Shown here one piece after another: positions 1-10,160 of a stretch of DNA of 64,000 nucleotides (its first letter is position 1; every line of letters starts with the position of its first letter). The notes below the pieces were generated by a model. The model was not told the DNA's origin, made no database searches, and worked only from the letters and a program-made list of their open reading frames with translations. Position numbers and translations under genes: made by a program. Source of the stretch: Thalassobaculaceae bacterium (lineage in GTDB: Bacteria; Pseudomonadota; Alphaproteobacteria; Thalassobaculales; Thalassobaculaceae); contig OZ245843.1 in NCBI GenBank assembly GCA_965228875.1, positions 3,826,616 through 3,890,615 on the forward strand, given 5' to 3'.

Positions 1-116
1 GGCGCCCGCGCTGTCCGGACTGCGCGGTCCGGGAAGTGTGCAATTTCAAGGAGAAGACGCCGGCCCCATAGAGCAGACCACGATCGAGTCTGAAGCGATC
101 GCGCTCTTGCGGGCCG

Positions 117-596
117 TCAGCTCTCGGCCTGCTGCGACCGGGCGATCCAGAGGTCCTCCAGGCACGCCTGCATCTCGACGGTGCCCGGCGCGTGAACCCC
201 TCGCGCTTCCACGTGCAGCAGCGACAGTCCCGCGTCCGAGCGGTACCAGAACAGATCCATCACGCAGCCCTGCACGGAGTACTGCCAGATGATCGCGCCG
301 CTGTCCTGACGCACGAACCCCGGCGCGCCGAGCAGTCCCTCCACCGCGGTCGGGTCGAGCGCGCGCAGGGCCATGGTGTCGCGCAACGCGACCGGCCTGG
401 GCCGCACCGGATTGCTGCGCGCCGTCGGATCGGGTTTCGCAACGGGCAGGGGGGCGACGCCGCGCATGGCCGGGGTCGCCGGGTCGTGCGGAGCGGCCGC
501 GACGGATCCGGCGTCGGGAGTCGTTACACAGCCGGAAAGGGCCAGGCCGGCGACGAGGGCGAGGGCGGGCAGGCAACGACGGGTCACGCGGATCAT
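117..596 (-). CDS. putative lipoprotein
   Basis: Signal peptide with lipobox LALSG-C; host-like codon usage; directly downstream of the bactofilin gene. Confidence 0.65.
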   Translation of the reverse strand: MIRVTRRCLPALALVAGLALSGCVTTPDAGSVAAAPHDPATPAMRGVAPLPVAKPDPTARSNPVRPRPVALRDTMALRALDPTAVEGLLGAPGFVRQDSGAIIWQYSVQGCVMDLFWYRSDAGLSLLHVEARGVHAPGTVEMQACLEDLWIARSQQAES

Positions 597-603
597 CCGA
601 GGG

Positions 604-1302
604 TCACTCTTCGGTCAGGGGGGCGATGTTGCCTTTGATCACGCCGCCGAGTTCGACTTCCAGGCGGTTGAAGCGGACCTTGCCTTCGAGCACGCCGGTG
701 GACTTGATGGACAGGGTCCCGCGCACGCTCAACTCGCCCTCGAAGCGGCCGGCGATGATGGCCTCCTCGATCGTCACCTTGCCTTTGTACAGGCCGGTAT
801 CGGTGACCTCGAGCGACTGACTGTGCTCCAGCGTGGCCTGAACCGTTCCCTCGACCACGAGCGAGTCGCAGGCGGTGATCTCGCCGGAGAGCGAGATGTC
901 CCTGCCGACCAGCAGGCGCTTGCTCTCCTCGCTGTTCCTGCCTGGCGTTCGCCGTGCCGGCGCGCCGGGAATGTCGGCGGCCGAGCGTCGCGGAATCTCG
1001 GGAACGAACCCCTGTCCGGGGGAGCGCGGCGGAGTGGAAGCGGACATGGCCGAACCTTTCGAGTCGGAAGCGGCGGGCGACGTGACAGCAGGCGATGTGA
1101 CGGCGGGCGTGGCATCCGAGGGCGGCGTCGCGGGCGCTGGCGCCCCCGACATGCTGTCCGCGTGCTCCGACAGGCTGGTGATCGAGGCCGTTGCCGCGCC
1201 CGCCACGGTCTGCGGCGCGGCGTCGGCCTCCCCGGCGGCATCCCGTGCCGGCTCGACGTTTCCGTCTCGCGGCAGTTCGGATGCTCTACGGCGCCGGAAC
1301 AT
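604..1302 (-). CDS. bactofilin / polymer-forming cytoskeletal protein
   Basis: C-terminal LLVGRDISLSGEI...LVVEGTV...GRFEGEL...GGVIKGNI beta-helix repeats after a low-complexity N-terminus; start uncertain. Confidence 0.85.
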   Translation of the reverse strand: MFRRRRASELPRDGNVEPARDAAGEADAAPQTVAGAATASITSLSEHADSMSGAPAPATPPSDATPAVTSPAVTSPAASDSKGSAMSASTPPRSPGQGFVPEIPRRSAADIPGAPARRTPGRNSEESKRLLVGRDISLSGEITACDSLVVEGTVQATLEHSQSLEVTDTGLYKGKVTIEEAIIAGRFEGELSVRGTLSIKSTGVLEGKVRFNRLEVELGGVIKGNIAPLTEE

Positions 1303-1352
1303 GGCTGATCTCCTTACTGAGCGCTATCGGCTAAGCAGTTGCCTCGTCGGTA

Positions 1353-2027
1353 TTATCGCGGAACGGTTCGGCGTCGCAACCGTTCATGTTCGTGGACCGC
1401 AAAAGCGGTTGCCACGACGGGAGTTGTGAGGTTCACCACAGGGATCGTCGATATCCCGGCGATCAGGATTCCGCCCAGGAACAACGATCCCCGATTCGCC
1501 TGACGGAAGGCCCGCAGGTCGTCGCGCGCCAGATAGCGCTGACCGACCATGTCGGCGTATTCCCGGCCGAGCAGGTACCCGTTCAGCCCCAGGAAGATCA
1601 TCAGGTTGAGCCCCGGCAGGAAGAGGTACAGGGGCAGGGCCAGGATGTTCAGGCCGATCGACAACAGGGCGAAGCGCAGTCCGTCGCCCAGAATCTCCGC
1701 GACCGGCACCGTGCGGGCCGGTGCGGCGCCGGGATAGTGGACCGCCTGCACCGCGTCGGCGACCCGGTCGGCAAAGAGGCCGCTGACCAGTTGTACGGAG
1801 CCCGGGAAGAAGATCAGAGCGAACACGGCGGTGCCGATGGCCCCGAGCCAGACGATCAGGTCGTCCAGCCAGCCGGTCCCGGTCTGCGCCAGGGCCGAGA
1901 GTACGAAGCCGACGGCGGCGGCGAGCGCGACGATCAGCAGCAGGCTTGCGACGACGGACAGGATCAGAACCGACCGCAGGCGCGGATCGCCGAGCTGGCC
2001 GAGGGTCAGGGAAATCGATCGGAACAT
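1353..2027 (-). CDS. EI24/CysZ-like membrane protein
   Basis: Multiple TM helices, GLFADRVADAV and NGYLLGREY motifs; start set at MFRSISL. Confidence 0.75.
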   Translation of the reverse strand: MFRSISLTLGQLGDPRLRSVLILSVVASLLLIVALAAAVGFVLSALAQTGTGWLDDLIVWLGAIGTAVFALIFFPGSVQLVSGLFADRVADAVQAVHYPGAAPARTVPVAEILGDGLRFALLSIGLNILALPLYLFLPGLNLMIFLGLNGYLLGREYADMVGQRYLARDDLRAFRQANRGSLFLGGILIAGISTIPVVNLTTPVVATAFAVHEHERLRRRTVPR

Positions 2028-2250
2028 CGCCGCTCTCGTTCGGTGCGTGGCACGGATCGCCACGAGGGCGTTGAAACCACGAAGGCGGATCTCGTTCAAG
2101 CGCCCAGCGGATCGGACAGGGTTTCGCCCCGCCACTCGCCCCTTCACTCACCCCCCAGGGGGATCGAGAAAGCCGCGCGGGGTTGATCGTTCCGACGAGG
2201 GCACTAGTGTGCGCACGGATCCTTATCTTTAGACCGCCTTGGAGACCTTC

Positions 2251-3240
2251 ATGACCAAGAGCCTCGATGTCGTCGCCATCGGCAACGCCATCGTCGACGT
2301 CATCTCACGCTGCGACGACGCCTTCCTGACGGCGCAGCAGGTGGAGAAGGGCGCGATGACGCTGATCGACGCCGACCGTTCGGAGTCGCTCTACGCCGCC
2401 ATGGGCCCGGGCGTGGAAATGTCCGGCGGATCGGCCGGCAACACCGCGGCCGGACTGGCGGCGCTGGGCAGCCGCACGGGCTATATCGGCAAGGTCCGCG
2501 ATGACGGGCTGGGCAAGGTGTTCCGCCACGACATCACCGCCCAGGGCGTGCGGTTCGACACGCCCCCGGCCGGCGAAGGGCCGCCGACCGCGCGCTGTCT
2601 CGTCCTGGTGACGCCGGACGCCCAGCGTTCCATGAGCACCTTCCTGGGTGCCTGCGTGAACCTGTCGCCGGACGACATTTCCGAAGAGCTGATCGCCGAG
2701 GCCCATGTGGTCTATCTGGAGGGCTACCTGTGGGATCCGCCCGAGGCGAAGAAGGCCTTCGTCAAGGCGGCGGAGATCGCGCACCGCACCGGCGGCAAGG
2801 TGGCGCTGTCGCTCTCGGACTCTTTCTGTGTCGACCGGCACCGCGCCGACTTCAAGGAACTGGTCAAGCACCATGTCGACATCCTGTTCGCCAACGAGGC
2901 GGAGTCGCTGTCGCTGTTCGAGACCGACCGGTTCGACGATGTGCTCCAGGCGGTTCGTTTCGAGGTCGAGACGGCGGCCCTGACCCGCAGCGAGAAGGGG
3001 TCGGTCGTGGTGCACCGCGACGAGGTCCATATCCTGGACGCCGAGCCGGTCGACCAGGTGGTCGACACCACGGGGGCGGGCGACCTGTATGCGGCCGGCT
3101 TCCTGCACGGCTACACCGCCGGCAAGGACGCCGTGGCCTGCGGCCGTCTCGGCGGCCTCTGCGCGGCGGAGATCATCAGCCATGTCGGCGCCAGACCGGA
3201 AGCCGATCTGAAGGCGCTGGTCGCAGAAAAGCTCGGCTGA
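2251..3240 (+). CDS. adenosine kinase / PfkB-family carbohydrate kinase
   Basis: IGNAIVDV, SGGSAGNT and DTTGAGDLYAAGFL PfkB motifs; GGAGA RBS. Confidence 0.9.
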   Translation: MTKSLDVVAIGNAIVDVISRCDDAFLTAQQVEKGAMTLIDADRSESLYAAMGPGVEMSGGSAGNTAAGLAALGSRTGYIGKVRDDGLGKVFRHDITAQGVRFDTPPAGEGPPTARCLVLVTPDAQRSMSTFLGACVNLSPDDISEELIAEAHVVYLEGYLWDPPEAKKAFVKAAEIAHRTGGKVALSLSDSFCVDRHRADFKELVKHHVDILFANEAESLSLFETDRFDDVLQAVRFEVETAALTRSEKGSVVVHRDEVHILDAEPVDQVVDTTGAGDLYAAGFLHGYTAGKDAVACGRLGGLCAAEIISHVGARPEADLKALVAEKLG

Positions 3241-3246
3241 CGGTCG

Positions 3247-4584
3247 TCAGGCGGACTCGGTGCCCGGCCGGGCCTTGGTCGGGTCGGGCATCACCCAGAT
3301 CATCACCAGCAGAAGCGGCAGGCCGAGCAGAGCCAGCCCGGCGGTGATGGTGAAGAACAGCGCCCAGTCTCCGCCGAGACTGTCGACGATGATGCCGGCC
3401 GAGGACGCGAACCAGATCCGCGCCAGGTTGCCGAGCGAGTTCAGCAGCGCGTACTGGGTCGCCGAGAATGCCTTGTCGCAGAGGGCGGCGAGGTAGGCGA
3501 CGAAGGCCACGGTGGCCAGGCCGGAGGTGAAGTTGTCGGCGATGACCGCGATGGCGAACACTTCGAGGTCCTGACCGCTGGCCGCCAGGTAGGCGTAGGC
3601 CAGGTTGGTCGCCGCCGCGGCGAGGCCACCACCCAGCAGGGCGCGGAAAATTCCGACGAGTTTGACCAGGACGCCGCCAGCGAACACGCCGATGCAGACC
3701 GCGGCCAGTCCGAAGACCTTGGTGACGTCGGCGATCTGGGTCAGCTCGAAGCCGAGTTCGCGATAGAACACGAAGGACATGCGGCCGAGCAGCGCGTCGC
3801 CGAACTTGAAGACGAAGACGAAGATCAGGATCAGCAGCCACCAGTCGCGCCGCACGAACTCGGCGAACGGATCGATCAGCGCCTCCCGCAGCCAGATGGC
3901 AAGCCGCCTGGCGACCGGCTCGGACGCGGCCGCGGCATCCTGCGGCCGCGGATCGCGGGCCTCCGGCTCCGGGGCCAGCAGGGTGGCGACGATCGCGATC
4001 GTCACCGTGCCGGCCAGGATCAGGTAGGTGGCGTTCCAACCGAGGGCGTCCGCCAGGTACAGCCCGCCGGCGCCGCCGACCAGGGTACCGCCGATATGCC
4101 AGCCCCAGATCGCCACCGCGGATCCGGCGCCGAGTTCGTCGGGGCGCAGGATATCGACGCGATAGGCATCGATCACGATGTCCTGGGTCGCCGAGACGAA
4201 GGCGACGAAGACGCAGGCCAGGGCGACAAGCGAGACGTCGGAGGCCGGATCGGTCAGGCCGAGGAAGGCGATGGCGACGATCAGCAGACCCTGGGTCAGC
4301 AGCGCCCAGCCGCGCCGCCGGCCGAACCTCTCGGTCAGCACCGGCAGCCGCAGCCGGTCGACCAGCGGCGCCCAGAGAAAGTTGATCGCGTAGGCCGTGG
4401 TGGCGAGGCTGAACAGTCCGACGCTGGAGCGCGAGAAGCCGCTGTCGGTCAGCCAGATCGAGAGGTTCGAGTAGACCAGCGGTGCCGGCAGTCCCGACGC
4501 GAAGCCGAACACGAGAATGATCAGCATGCGCCGGTCGAGGTAGACCCGGATGCCATCCGCCCAGGAGGTGCGCTCGGTCGTCAT
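3247..4584 (-). CDS. ampG: AmpG-family muropeptide MFS transporter
   Basis: GFASGLP, FLWAPLVD, GRRRGW, SATQDIVIDAYR, FSATQYALL motifs. Confidence 0.9.
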   Translation of the reverse strand: MTTERTSWADGIRVYLDRRMLIILVFGFASGLPAPLVYSNLSIWLTDSGFSRSSVGLFSLATTAYAINFLWAPLVDRLRLPVLTERFGRRRGWALLTQGLLIVAIAFLGLTDPASDVSLVALACVFVAFVSATQDIVIDAYRVDILRPDELGAGSAVAIWGWHIGGTLVGGAGGLYLADALGWNATYLILAGTVTIAIVATLLAPEPEARDPRPQDAAAASEPVARRLAIWLREALIDPFAEFVRRDWWLLILIFVFVFKFGDALLGRMSFVFYRELGFELTQIADVTKVFGLAAVCIGVFAGGVLVKLVGIFRALLGGGLAAAATNLAYAYLAASGQDLEVFAIAVIADNFTSGLATVAFVAYLAALCDKAFSATQYALLNSLGNLARIWFASSAGIIVDSLGGDWALFFTITAGLALLGLPLLLVMIWVMPDPTKARPGTESA

Positions 4585-4661
4585 CCCCGTGAGGTAGCTG
4601 AGTCGCTCCGCCCTGCCCAGCGGCAATTCGGCGGTGGCTCGCGTGTTGAACCGCTGCCGGT

Positions 4662-4779
4662 TTGAGCGGGATCGGTTCAGGTCGACGCGGCCCGAGCCCC
4701 GCACCATCCTCTAAGTCATTAGAGGGATGGAGAACTCACGAGACCGGACGTCTTCGTCTGATCTCGTGAATCTGCTCTT
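4662..4779 (+). repeat. ~117-bp palindromic intergenic repeat (MITE-like), copy 1, degenerate
   Basis: Shares GATCGGTTCAG...CACGA.CCGGA.G...TCTGATC..GTG...GCTCT with the copies at 9925, 29203 and 31359. Confidence 0.7.
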
Positions 4780-4815
4780 GAGCCCCGACCGTTCCGCCGT
4801 TCCGGCGCGATCGCC

Positions 4816-5511
4816 TCAGGCCAGGGCGTTGGCGTCGAGCGCGTAGCCGGCGGAGCGGACCGTGCGGATCATGTCGTCGTCGCTGTCGCTGTTGAGCGCC
4901 TTGCGGAGCCGCCGGATATGCACGTCGACCGTGCGCGGCTCGACATAGACATCCGGACCCCAGACCGTATCCAGGAGCTGTTCGCGCGAGAACACCCGGC
5001 CCGGATGCTCCAGGAAGTGGCGCAGCAGGCGGAACTCGGTGGGTCCGAGGTGAATGTCGCGCTCGCTGCGCTTCACCCGGTGGGCGGCGAGATCCATGGA
5101 TAGGTCCCCGAAGCGCAGGATCTCGTCCTCGGTGGACGGCCGGGCCCGGCGCAGGACGGCGCGGACACGGGCCACCAGTTCGGCCGGGCTGAAGGGTTTG
5201 GTGATGTAGTCGTCGGCGCCGGAATTCAGACCGCGCACCCGGTCGCCCTCTTCGCCGCGGGCGGTCAGCATGATGATGGGGGTGTTCTTCAGGTCCGGCG
5301 CCCGGCGTAGGCGGCGGCAGGCCTCGATGCCCGAGAGAAGGGGCAGCATCCAGTCGAGCAGGATCAGGTCCGGCCGCCGCTCGGCGGCGACCAGCATCGC
5401 CTCTTCGCCGTCTCCGGCTTCGATCACCCGGAACCCCTCGCGCTCGAGATTGTAGCGCAGCAGGGTGACGATCGGCGCCTCGTCCTCGACGATCAGGATC
5501 AGTGGTTTCAT
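4816..5511 (-). CDS. phoB: phosphate regulon response regulator PhoB
   Basis: Receiver domain (LLDWMLP) plus OmpR wHTH (VEPRTVDVHIRRLRK); last gene of the pst-phoU operon. Confidence 0.97.
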   Translation of the reverse strand: MKPLILIVEDEAPIVTLLRYNLEREGFRVIEAGDGEEAMLVAAERRPDLILLDWMLPLLSGIEACRRLRRAPDLKNTPIIMLTARGEEGDRVRGLNSGADDYITKPFSPAELVARVRAVLRRARPSTEDEILRFGDLSMDLAAHRVKRSERDIHLGPTEFRLLRHFLEHPGRVFSREQLLDTVWGPDVYVEPRTVDVHIRRLRKALNSDSDDDMIRTVRSAGYALDANALA

Positions 5512-5529
5512 GGTTCAGGCTACTCGCAT

Positions 5530-6261
5530 CTACGACGATCCATCACTCAGGTTCTCCGGCGTCATGACGGAGAAGCTGCTCTTGTCTCCCTTGGGGCGGG
5601 TGCCCTCCAGCCGGTTGCCGGTCTGCTCGAAATAGACCGTCTCGGCGATGTTGGTGGCGTGGTCGCCGATCCGCTCGATGTTCTTGGCGACGAACAGCAG
5701 ATGCGCGCAGGCGGTGATGTTGCGCGGATCCTCCATCATGTACGTCAGCAGCTCGCGGAAGAGGCTGGTGTACATCTGGTCGACTTCCTCGTCGCGCTGC
5801 CAGGCCTGCAGGGCGCGGTCGACATCGGTCTGGGTATAGGCGTCGAGCACGTCGGTGATGATCCGATGCGTCAGCCGGCCCATGCGGGCGATGCCGTTGA
5901 CCGGCCCCACCTCCGGCAGCTGCGACAGGGCCGAGGCGCGTTTCGCGACGTTGGTCGCATAGTCGCCCATGCGCTCCAGATCGTGGGAGATCTTCAGCGC
6001 CGACAGGATCTGCCGGAGGTCGTGGGCGACCGGCTGGCGCAGCGCCAGCATCCGCAGGGTCAGCGCCTCGACCTGGTCCTCCAGGTCGTCGATATCCTTG
6101 TCGGACTCGACGCAGCGCGCCGCCAGGGCGTCGTCGCGCTTGGCGATCGCCTGGATCGCCGACGAGAGCTGCGCCTCGACCAGCCCGCCCATGCGGGAGA
6201 TGACGGACCGCAAGCCGTCGAGTTCTTCGTCGAACGAGGAAACGATGTGGCTTTCTGGCAT
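5530..6261 (-). CDS. phoU: phosphate signalling protein PhoU
   Basis: LRQPVAHDLR, DLERMGD, KNIERIGDHATNIAE. Confidence 0.97.
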   Translation of the reverse strand: MPESHIVSSFDEELDGLRSVISRMGGLVEAQLSSAIQAIAKRDDALAARCVESDKDIDDLEDQVEALTLRMLALRQPVAHDLRQILSALKISHDLERMGDYATNVAKRASALSQLPEVGPVNGIARMGRLTHRIITDVLDAYTQTDVDRALQAWQRDEEVDQMYTSLFRELLTYMMEDPRNITACAHLLFVAKNIERIGDHATNIAETVYFEQTGNRLEGTRPKGDKSSFSVMTPENLSDGSS

Positions 6262-6318
6262 GATTCAGGTCTCCGGATTCGGGGGACGCGCGGAACGGTC
6301 TGCGTGTGACCGACGATG

Positions 6319-7149
6319 CTAGCCGAAGCGTCCGGTGATGTATCCCTGAGTGCGGCTGTCCACCGGGTTGGTGAAGATCCGCTCGGTCTCGCCGACCTCG
6401 ACCAGATCGCCCAGGTGGAAGAACGCGGTGCGCTGCGAGACGCGGGCCGCCTGCTGCATGGAGTGGGTCACGATCACGATCGTGAAGTTCTCCCGCAGCT
6501 CGTCGATCAGCTCCTCGATGCGCGCCGTGGCGATCGGGTCGAGGGCGGAGCACGGCTCGTCCATCAGGATGACTTCCGGATTGACCGCAATCGCCCGGGC
6601 GATGCACAGCCGCTGCTGCTGCCCGCCGGACAGGCCGGTTCCCGGCTGGTCGAGGCGGTCGCTGACCTCCTTCCACAGGCCGGCGCGCTCCAGGCTCTTC
6701 TGGACGATCTCGTCGAGCTCCGCCTTGCCGTGGGCGATGCCGTGGATCCGCGGGCCATAGGCGATGTTGTCGTAGATCGACTTAGGGAACGGGTTCGGCT
6801 TCTGGAACACCATGCCGACGCGGGCCCGCAGCTGCACGACATCCAGGGACTGGTCGTAGATGTCGTGGTCGTCGAGCGCGATCCGGCCGGTCACCCGGCA
6901 GATGTCGATCACGTCGTTCATCCGATTGAGGCAGCGCAGGAAGGTGGACTTGCCGCAGCCGGACGGCCCGATCAGTGCGGTGACCTCGTTCTGGTAGACG
7001 TCGAGATCGACATGCTTCAGGGCGTGCTTTTCCGCGTAGTAGACGTTCACATCGCGGGACTCGATCTTGGTGACCCGTTCGGCCATCTGCTCCGGGCTCG
7101 GCGGCTTGGCCGCGATATCCACCTCGGGCGTCGTCGTCGCGTCAGTCAT
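6319..7149 (-). CDS. pstB: phosphate ABC transporter ATPase PstB
   Basis: [39 protein letters not shown]. Confidence 0.97.
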   Translation of the reverse strand: MTDATTTPEVDIAAKPPSPEQMAERVTKIESRDVNVYYAEKHALKHVDLDVYQNEVTALIGPSGCGKSTFLRCLNRMNDVIDICRVTGRIALDDHDIYDQSLDVVQLRARVGMVFQKPNPFPKSIYDNIAYGPRIHGIAHGKAELDEIVQKSLERAGLWKEVSDRLDQPGTGLSGGQQQRLCIARAIAVNPEVILMDEPCSALDPIATARIEELIDELRENFTIVIVTHSMQQAARVSQRTAFFHLGDLVEVGETERIFTNPVDSRTQGYITGRFG

Positions 7150-7161
7150 CCGTAGTTCTCC

Positions 7162-8487
7162 TTACCACCGGCGCTCGAAGCGTTTGCGCAGCATCACGGC
7201 AATCGCGTTCATGAAGACGAGGAAACCGAGCAGGACCATGATCGCCGCCGAGGTGCGCTCGACGAACGCGCGCTCGGGGCTGTCCGCCCAGATGTAGACC
7301 TGAACCGGCAGCACGGTCGCCGGATCGGTGAAGCTCTGGGGAATGTCGACGATGAAGGCCACCATGCCGATCATCAGGAGCGGCGCGGTCTCGCCGAGCG
7401 CCTGGGCCATCCCGATGATCGTGCCGGTGAGGATGCCCGGCATCGCCAGCGGCAGCACGTGGTGCGTCACAACCTGCAGCGGCGAGGCGCCGAGACCGAG
7501 TGCCGCCTCGCGGATCGACGGCGGGACCGCCTTCAGGGCGGACCGCGCGGCGATGATGATCGTCGGCAGGGTCATGAGGGCCAGCACCAACCCGCCGGCC
7601 AGCGGCGCCGAACGCGGCAGGCCGAAGAAGTTCAGGAAGACCGCCAGCCCAAGCAGGCCGAACACGATCGACGGGACGGCCGCCAGATTGTTGATGTTCA
7701 CCTCGATGAGGTCGGTCAGCCGGTTCTTCGGCGCGAACTCCTCCAGGTAGACCGCCGCCATGACGCCGATCGGGAACGACACGAGGAGGGTCACCGTCAG
7801 CGTCAGGATCGAGCCGATGAAGGCGCCGTAGATGCCGGCCTCCTCCGGTTCGCGGCTGTCGCCACTGGTGAAGAAATCGACGTTGAACGCGGCGAAGACC
7901 CGGCCGTCCTGATCGAAGTGGTCGAACCAGCCGACCTCCTTGTCGGAGACCCGGCGATCGCTCTCCGGCAGGTCGCGGTCGATGTAGCCCTTGGCGAAGG
8001 TGTCCATGTCGTCCGACAGCTTGATCGACACGGTCTGCGTGGTGCCGATCAGGGACGGGTCTTCCATCACCATGTCGCGCAGGGCGATGTCGGCGTTCGG
8101 CGACACCAGGCCGTACAGCGCGCGTCGGTCGCGGCGGCTGCCGGCGGCGTCCGGGAACTCCCGCTTCAGGGAGTCGCGCACCAGGGTCAGATAGTTCGCC
8201 CGCCGAAGCGTCTCCATCTCGGCCGGCCCGCCATCGGGGTTCAGCTCCTCGGCGCTGAACTCGATGGTGAGATCGACGTAGTGCTGCCAGAAGGCCGAGT
8301 AGCCCTTGGACACGATGCTGCCGAGCAGGATCAGCAGGATCAGACCGGCGGCCGCGACGCTGCCCAGGCCGAGCAGTCGGAACCGCCGCTCCGTCGCGTA
8401 GCGCTTGGTCAGGTGCGGGCCGGCAAGGACCGGGCGGCGGACCGGGTCGGTCGGCACGCCCTGCGGAGAGGAGATCGTATCAGTCAT
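7162..8487 (-). CDS. pstA: phosphate ABC transporter permease PstA
   Basis: NLAAVPSIVFGLLGL, AQALGETAPL. Confidence 0.95.
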   Translation of the reverse strand: MTDTISSPQGVPTDPVRRPVLAGPHLTKRYATERRFRLLGLGSVAAAGLILLILLGSIVSKGYSAFWQHYVDLTIEFSAEELNPDGGPAEMETLRRANYLTLVRDSLKREFPDAAGSRRDRRALYGLVSPNADIALRDMVMEDPSLIGTTQTVSIKLSDDMDTFAKGYIDRDLPESDRRVSDKEVGWFDHFDQDGRVFAAFNVDFFTSGDSREPEEAGIYGAFIGSILTLTVTLLVSFPIGVMAAVYLEEFAPKNRLTDLIEVNINNLAAVPSIVFGLLGLAVFLNFFGLPRSAPLAGGLVLALMTLPTIIIAARSALKAVPPSIREAALGLGASPLQVVTHHVLPLAMPGILTGTIIGMAQALGETAPLLMIGMVAFIVDIPQSFTDPATVLPVQVYIWADSPERAFVERTSAAIMVLLGFLVFMNAIAVMLRKRFERRW

Positions 8488-9865
8488 ACTTCTCTCGGTA
8501 TTTGCGGACCACGCTGAGCGCGATCACGTTGAGGGCGAGCGTGATGAAGAACAGGACCAGGCCCAGGGCGAAGGCCGAGAGGGTCTTGGCGCTGTCGAAC
8601 TCCTGGTCACCGACCAGCAGCGTGACGATCTGCACGGTGACCGTGGTCACGGCCTCCAGCGGGTTGATCGTCAGGTTGGCGGCGAGGCCGGCCGCCATGA
8701 CAACGATCATGGTCTCGCCGATCGCCCGGCTGACGGCCAGCAGCAGGGCGCCGACGATGCCCGGCAGGGCGGCGGGCACCACAACCGCCCGGATCGTCTC
8801 GGACTTGGTCGCGCCCAGGCCGTAGGAGCCGTCGCGCAGGGACTGCGGCACGGCGTTGATGACGTCGTCCGAGAGCGACGACACGAACGGGATGATCATG
8901 ATGCCCATGACCACGCCGGCGGCGAGCGCGCTTTCCGAGGAGACGTCGAGGCCGATCGACTCGCCCACCCCGCGGAAGAACGGGGCGACGGTCAGGGCGG
9001 CAAAGAAGCCGTAGACGACCGTCGGGATGCCGGCCAGCACCTCGAGCATCGGCTTGGCGAAGGCGCGGAACCGCGGATCGGCGTATTCGGCCATGTAGAC
9101 CGCCGACATCAGTCCGATCGGCGCGGCGACGACCATGGCGATGAAGGTGATCAGCAGCGTGCCGACGAACAGCGGGATGGCGCCGAACGCACCCGAGGAT
9201 CCGACCTGGTCGGCGCGCAGGGCGGTCTGCGGGCTCCAGTTCAGGCCGAACAGGAACTCGTAGAACGGAACCTTCGTGAAGAACACGAAGCTCTCGAACA
9301 GCAGCGAGAGCACGATGCCGACCGTCGTCAGGATGGCGATGGTCGAGCTGATGATCAGGATGACGTTGATCACCTTCTCGACGCCGTTACGGGCCCGCAG
9401 GGACGGGCTGATCCGTTGACGCGCCAGGGCGAGGCCGCCGGCGCCGACGGCGAAGGCCACGACGGTCATGAGGATGAACCCGGTCTGGCGGAGGCTGGTC
9501 AGCCGCTCCGCCGCCGCCGTGATCGCCGGGTCGTCGCCGCGGCTCGAGATGTTGCCGGTGGCGACGTTGCGGATGTCGTTGAGCAGCAGACCGTACTGCG
9601 AGCCGGACAGATCGGCGGTCATGGCGGCCGGCAGCCCGCCCATGACCAGGCCGTCGACGATCTGCGGTTGCACGATGAGCCAGATCGCCAGCACGATCAG
9701 CGACGGCAGGCCGATCCACAGCGCGGTGTAGGCGCCGTAGTAGCTCGGCAGTGAATGCAGGTCCCTGGGCACGCCGCCGGCCGTCATCACGGCCCTGGCC
9801 CGTCCCGTCATGTAGCCGACCAGGGCGAACCCGATCAGCGCGAGAATTACGATAAACGTCTGCAT
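8480..9865 (-). CDS. pstC: phosphate ABC transporter permease PstC
   Basis: LAGIPTVVYGFFA, SRAIGETMIV; start set at MQTFIV. Confidence 0.95.
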   Translation of the reverse strand: MQTFIVILALIGFALVGYMTGRARAVMTAGGVPRDLHSLPSYYGAYTALWIGLPSLIVLAIWLIVQPQIVDGLVMGGLPAAMTADLSGSQYGLLLNDIRNVATGNISSRGDDPAITAAAERLTSLRQTGFILMTVVAFAVGAGGLALARQRISPSLRARNGVEKVINVILIISSTIAILTTVGIVLSLLFESFVFFTKVPFYEFLFGLNWSPQTALRADQVGSSGAFGAIPLFVGTLLITFIAMVVAAPIGLMSAVYMAEYADPRFRAFAKPMLEVLAGIPTVVYGFFAALTVAPFFRGVGESIGLDVSSESALAAGVVMGIMIIPFVSSLSDDVINAVPQSLRDGSYGLGATKSETIRAVVVPAALPGIVGALLLAVSRAIGETMIVVMAAGLAANLTINPLEAVTTVTVQIVTLLVGDQEFDSAKTLSAFALGLVLFFITLALNVIALSVVRKYREKYD

Positions 9866-9924
9866 CGGTCCCGGCCCCCCAGAGAGCGCTCCCACTCGGT
9901 CCGACGGCATTCCGCCGGTTCGGT

Positions 9925-10040
9925 TAGAGCGCGACCGGTTCAGATCGACTCGATCTGCACCGTGAAACGCCCTCAAAGTCATTCAAACAGAGAACAGATT
10001 CACACGATCAGATGTTTCCATTCGATCGTGATCTGCTCGA
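9925..10040 (+). repeat. palindromic intergenic repeat, copy 2
   Basis: TAGAGC...CGGTTCAGATCG-ACT-CGATCTGCACCG...CACGATCAGATG...GATCGTG...GCTCGA. Confidence 0.8.
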
Positions 10041-10119
10041 AAGGGTCTAACGAATGAATTCGGTCGGTGCGTGGCCCGGCGGGAATGCGCCGGAAGGCGG
10101 ACCGGATGGCGGAGAGGAC

Positions 10120-10143
10120 GCGGCCGACCCGAGGGTCGGCCGC
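10120..10143 (-). terminator. GC-rich hairpin 3' of pstS (mRNA stabiliser or terminator)
   Basis: GCGGCCGACCC-GA-GGGTCGGCCGC, perfect 11-bp inverted repeat; no U-tract. Confidence 0.5.
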
Positions 10144-10160
10144 TGGTGTGTCGTATCCGA

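Noticed and set aside
4585..4707. N-terminal extensions of ampG and pstC sharing the peptide RVDLNRSRSN
   Set aside because: The shared peptide comes from reading through the repeat element upstream of the likely true starts; nothing indicates it is translated.
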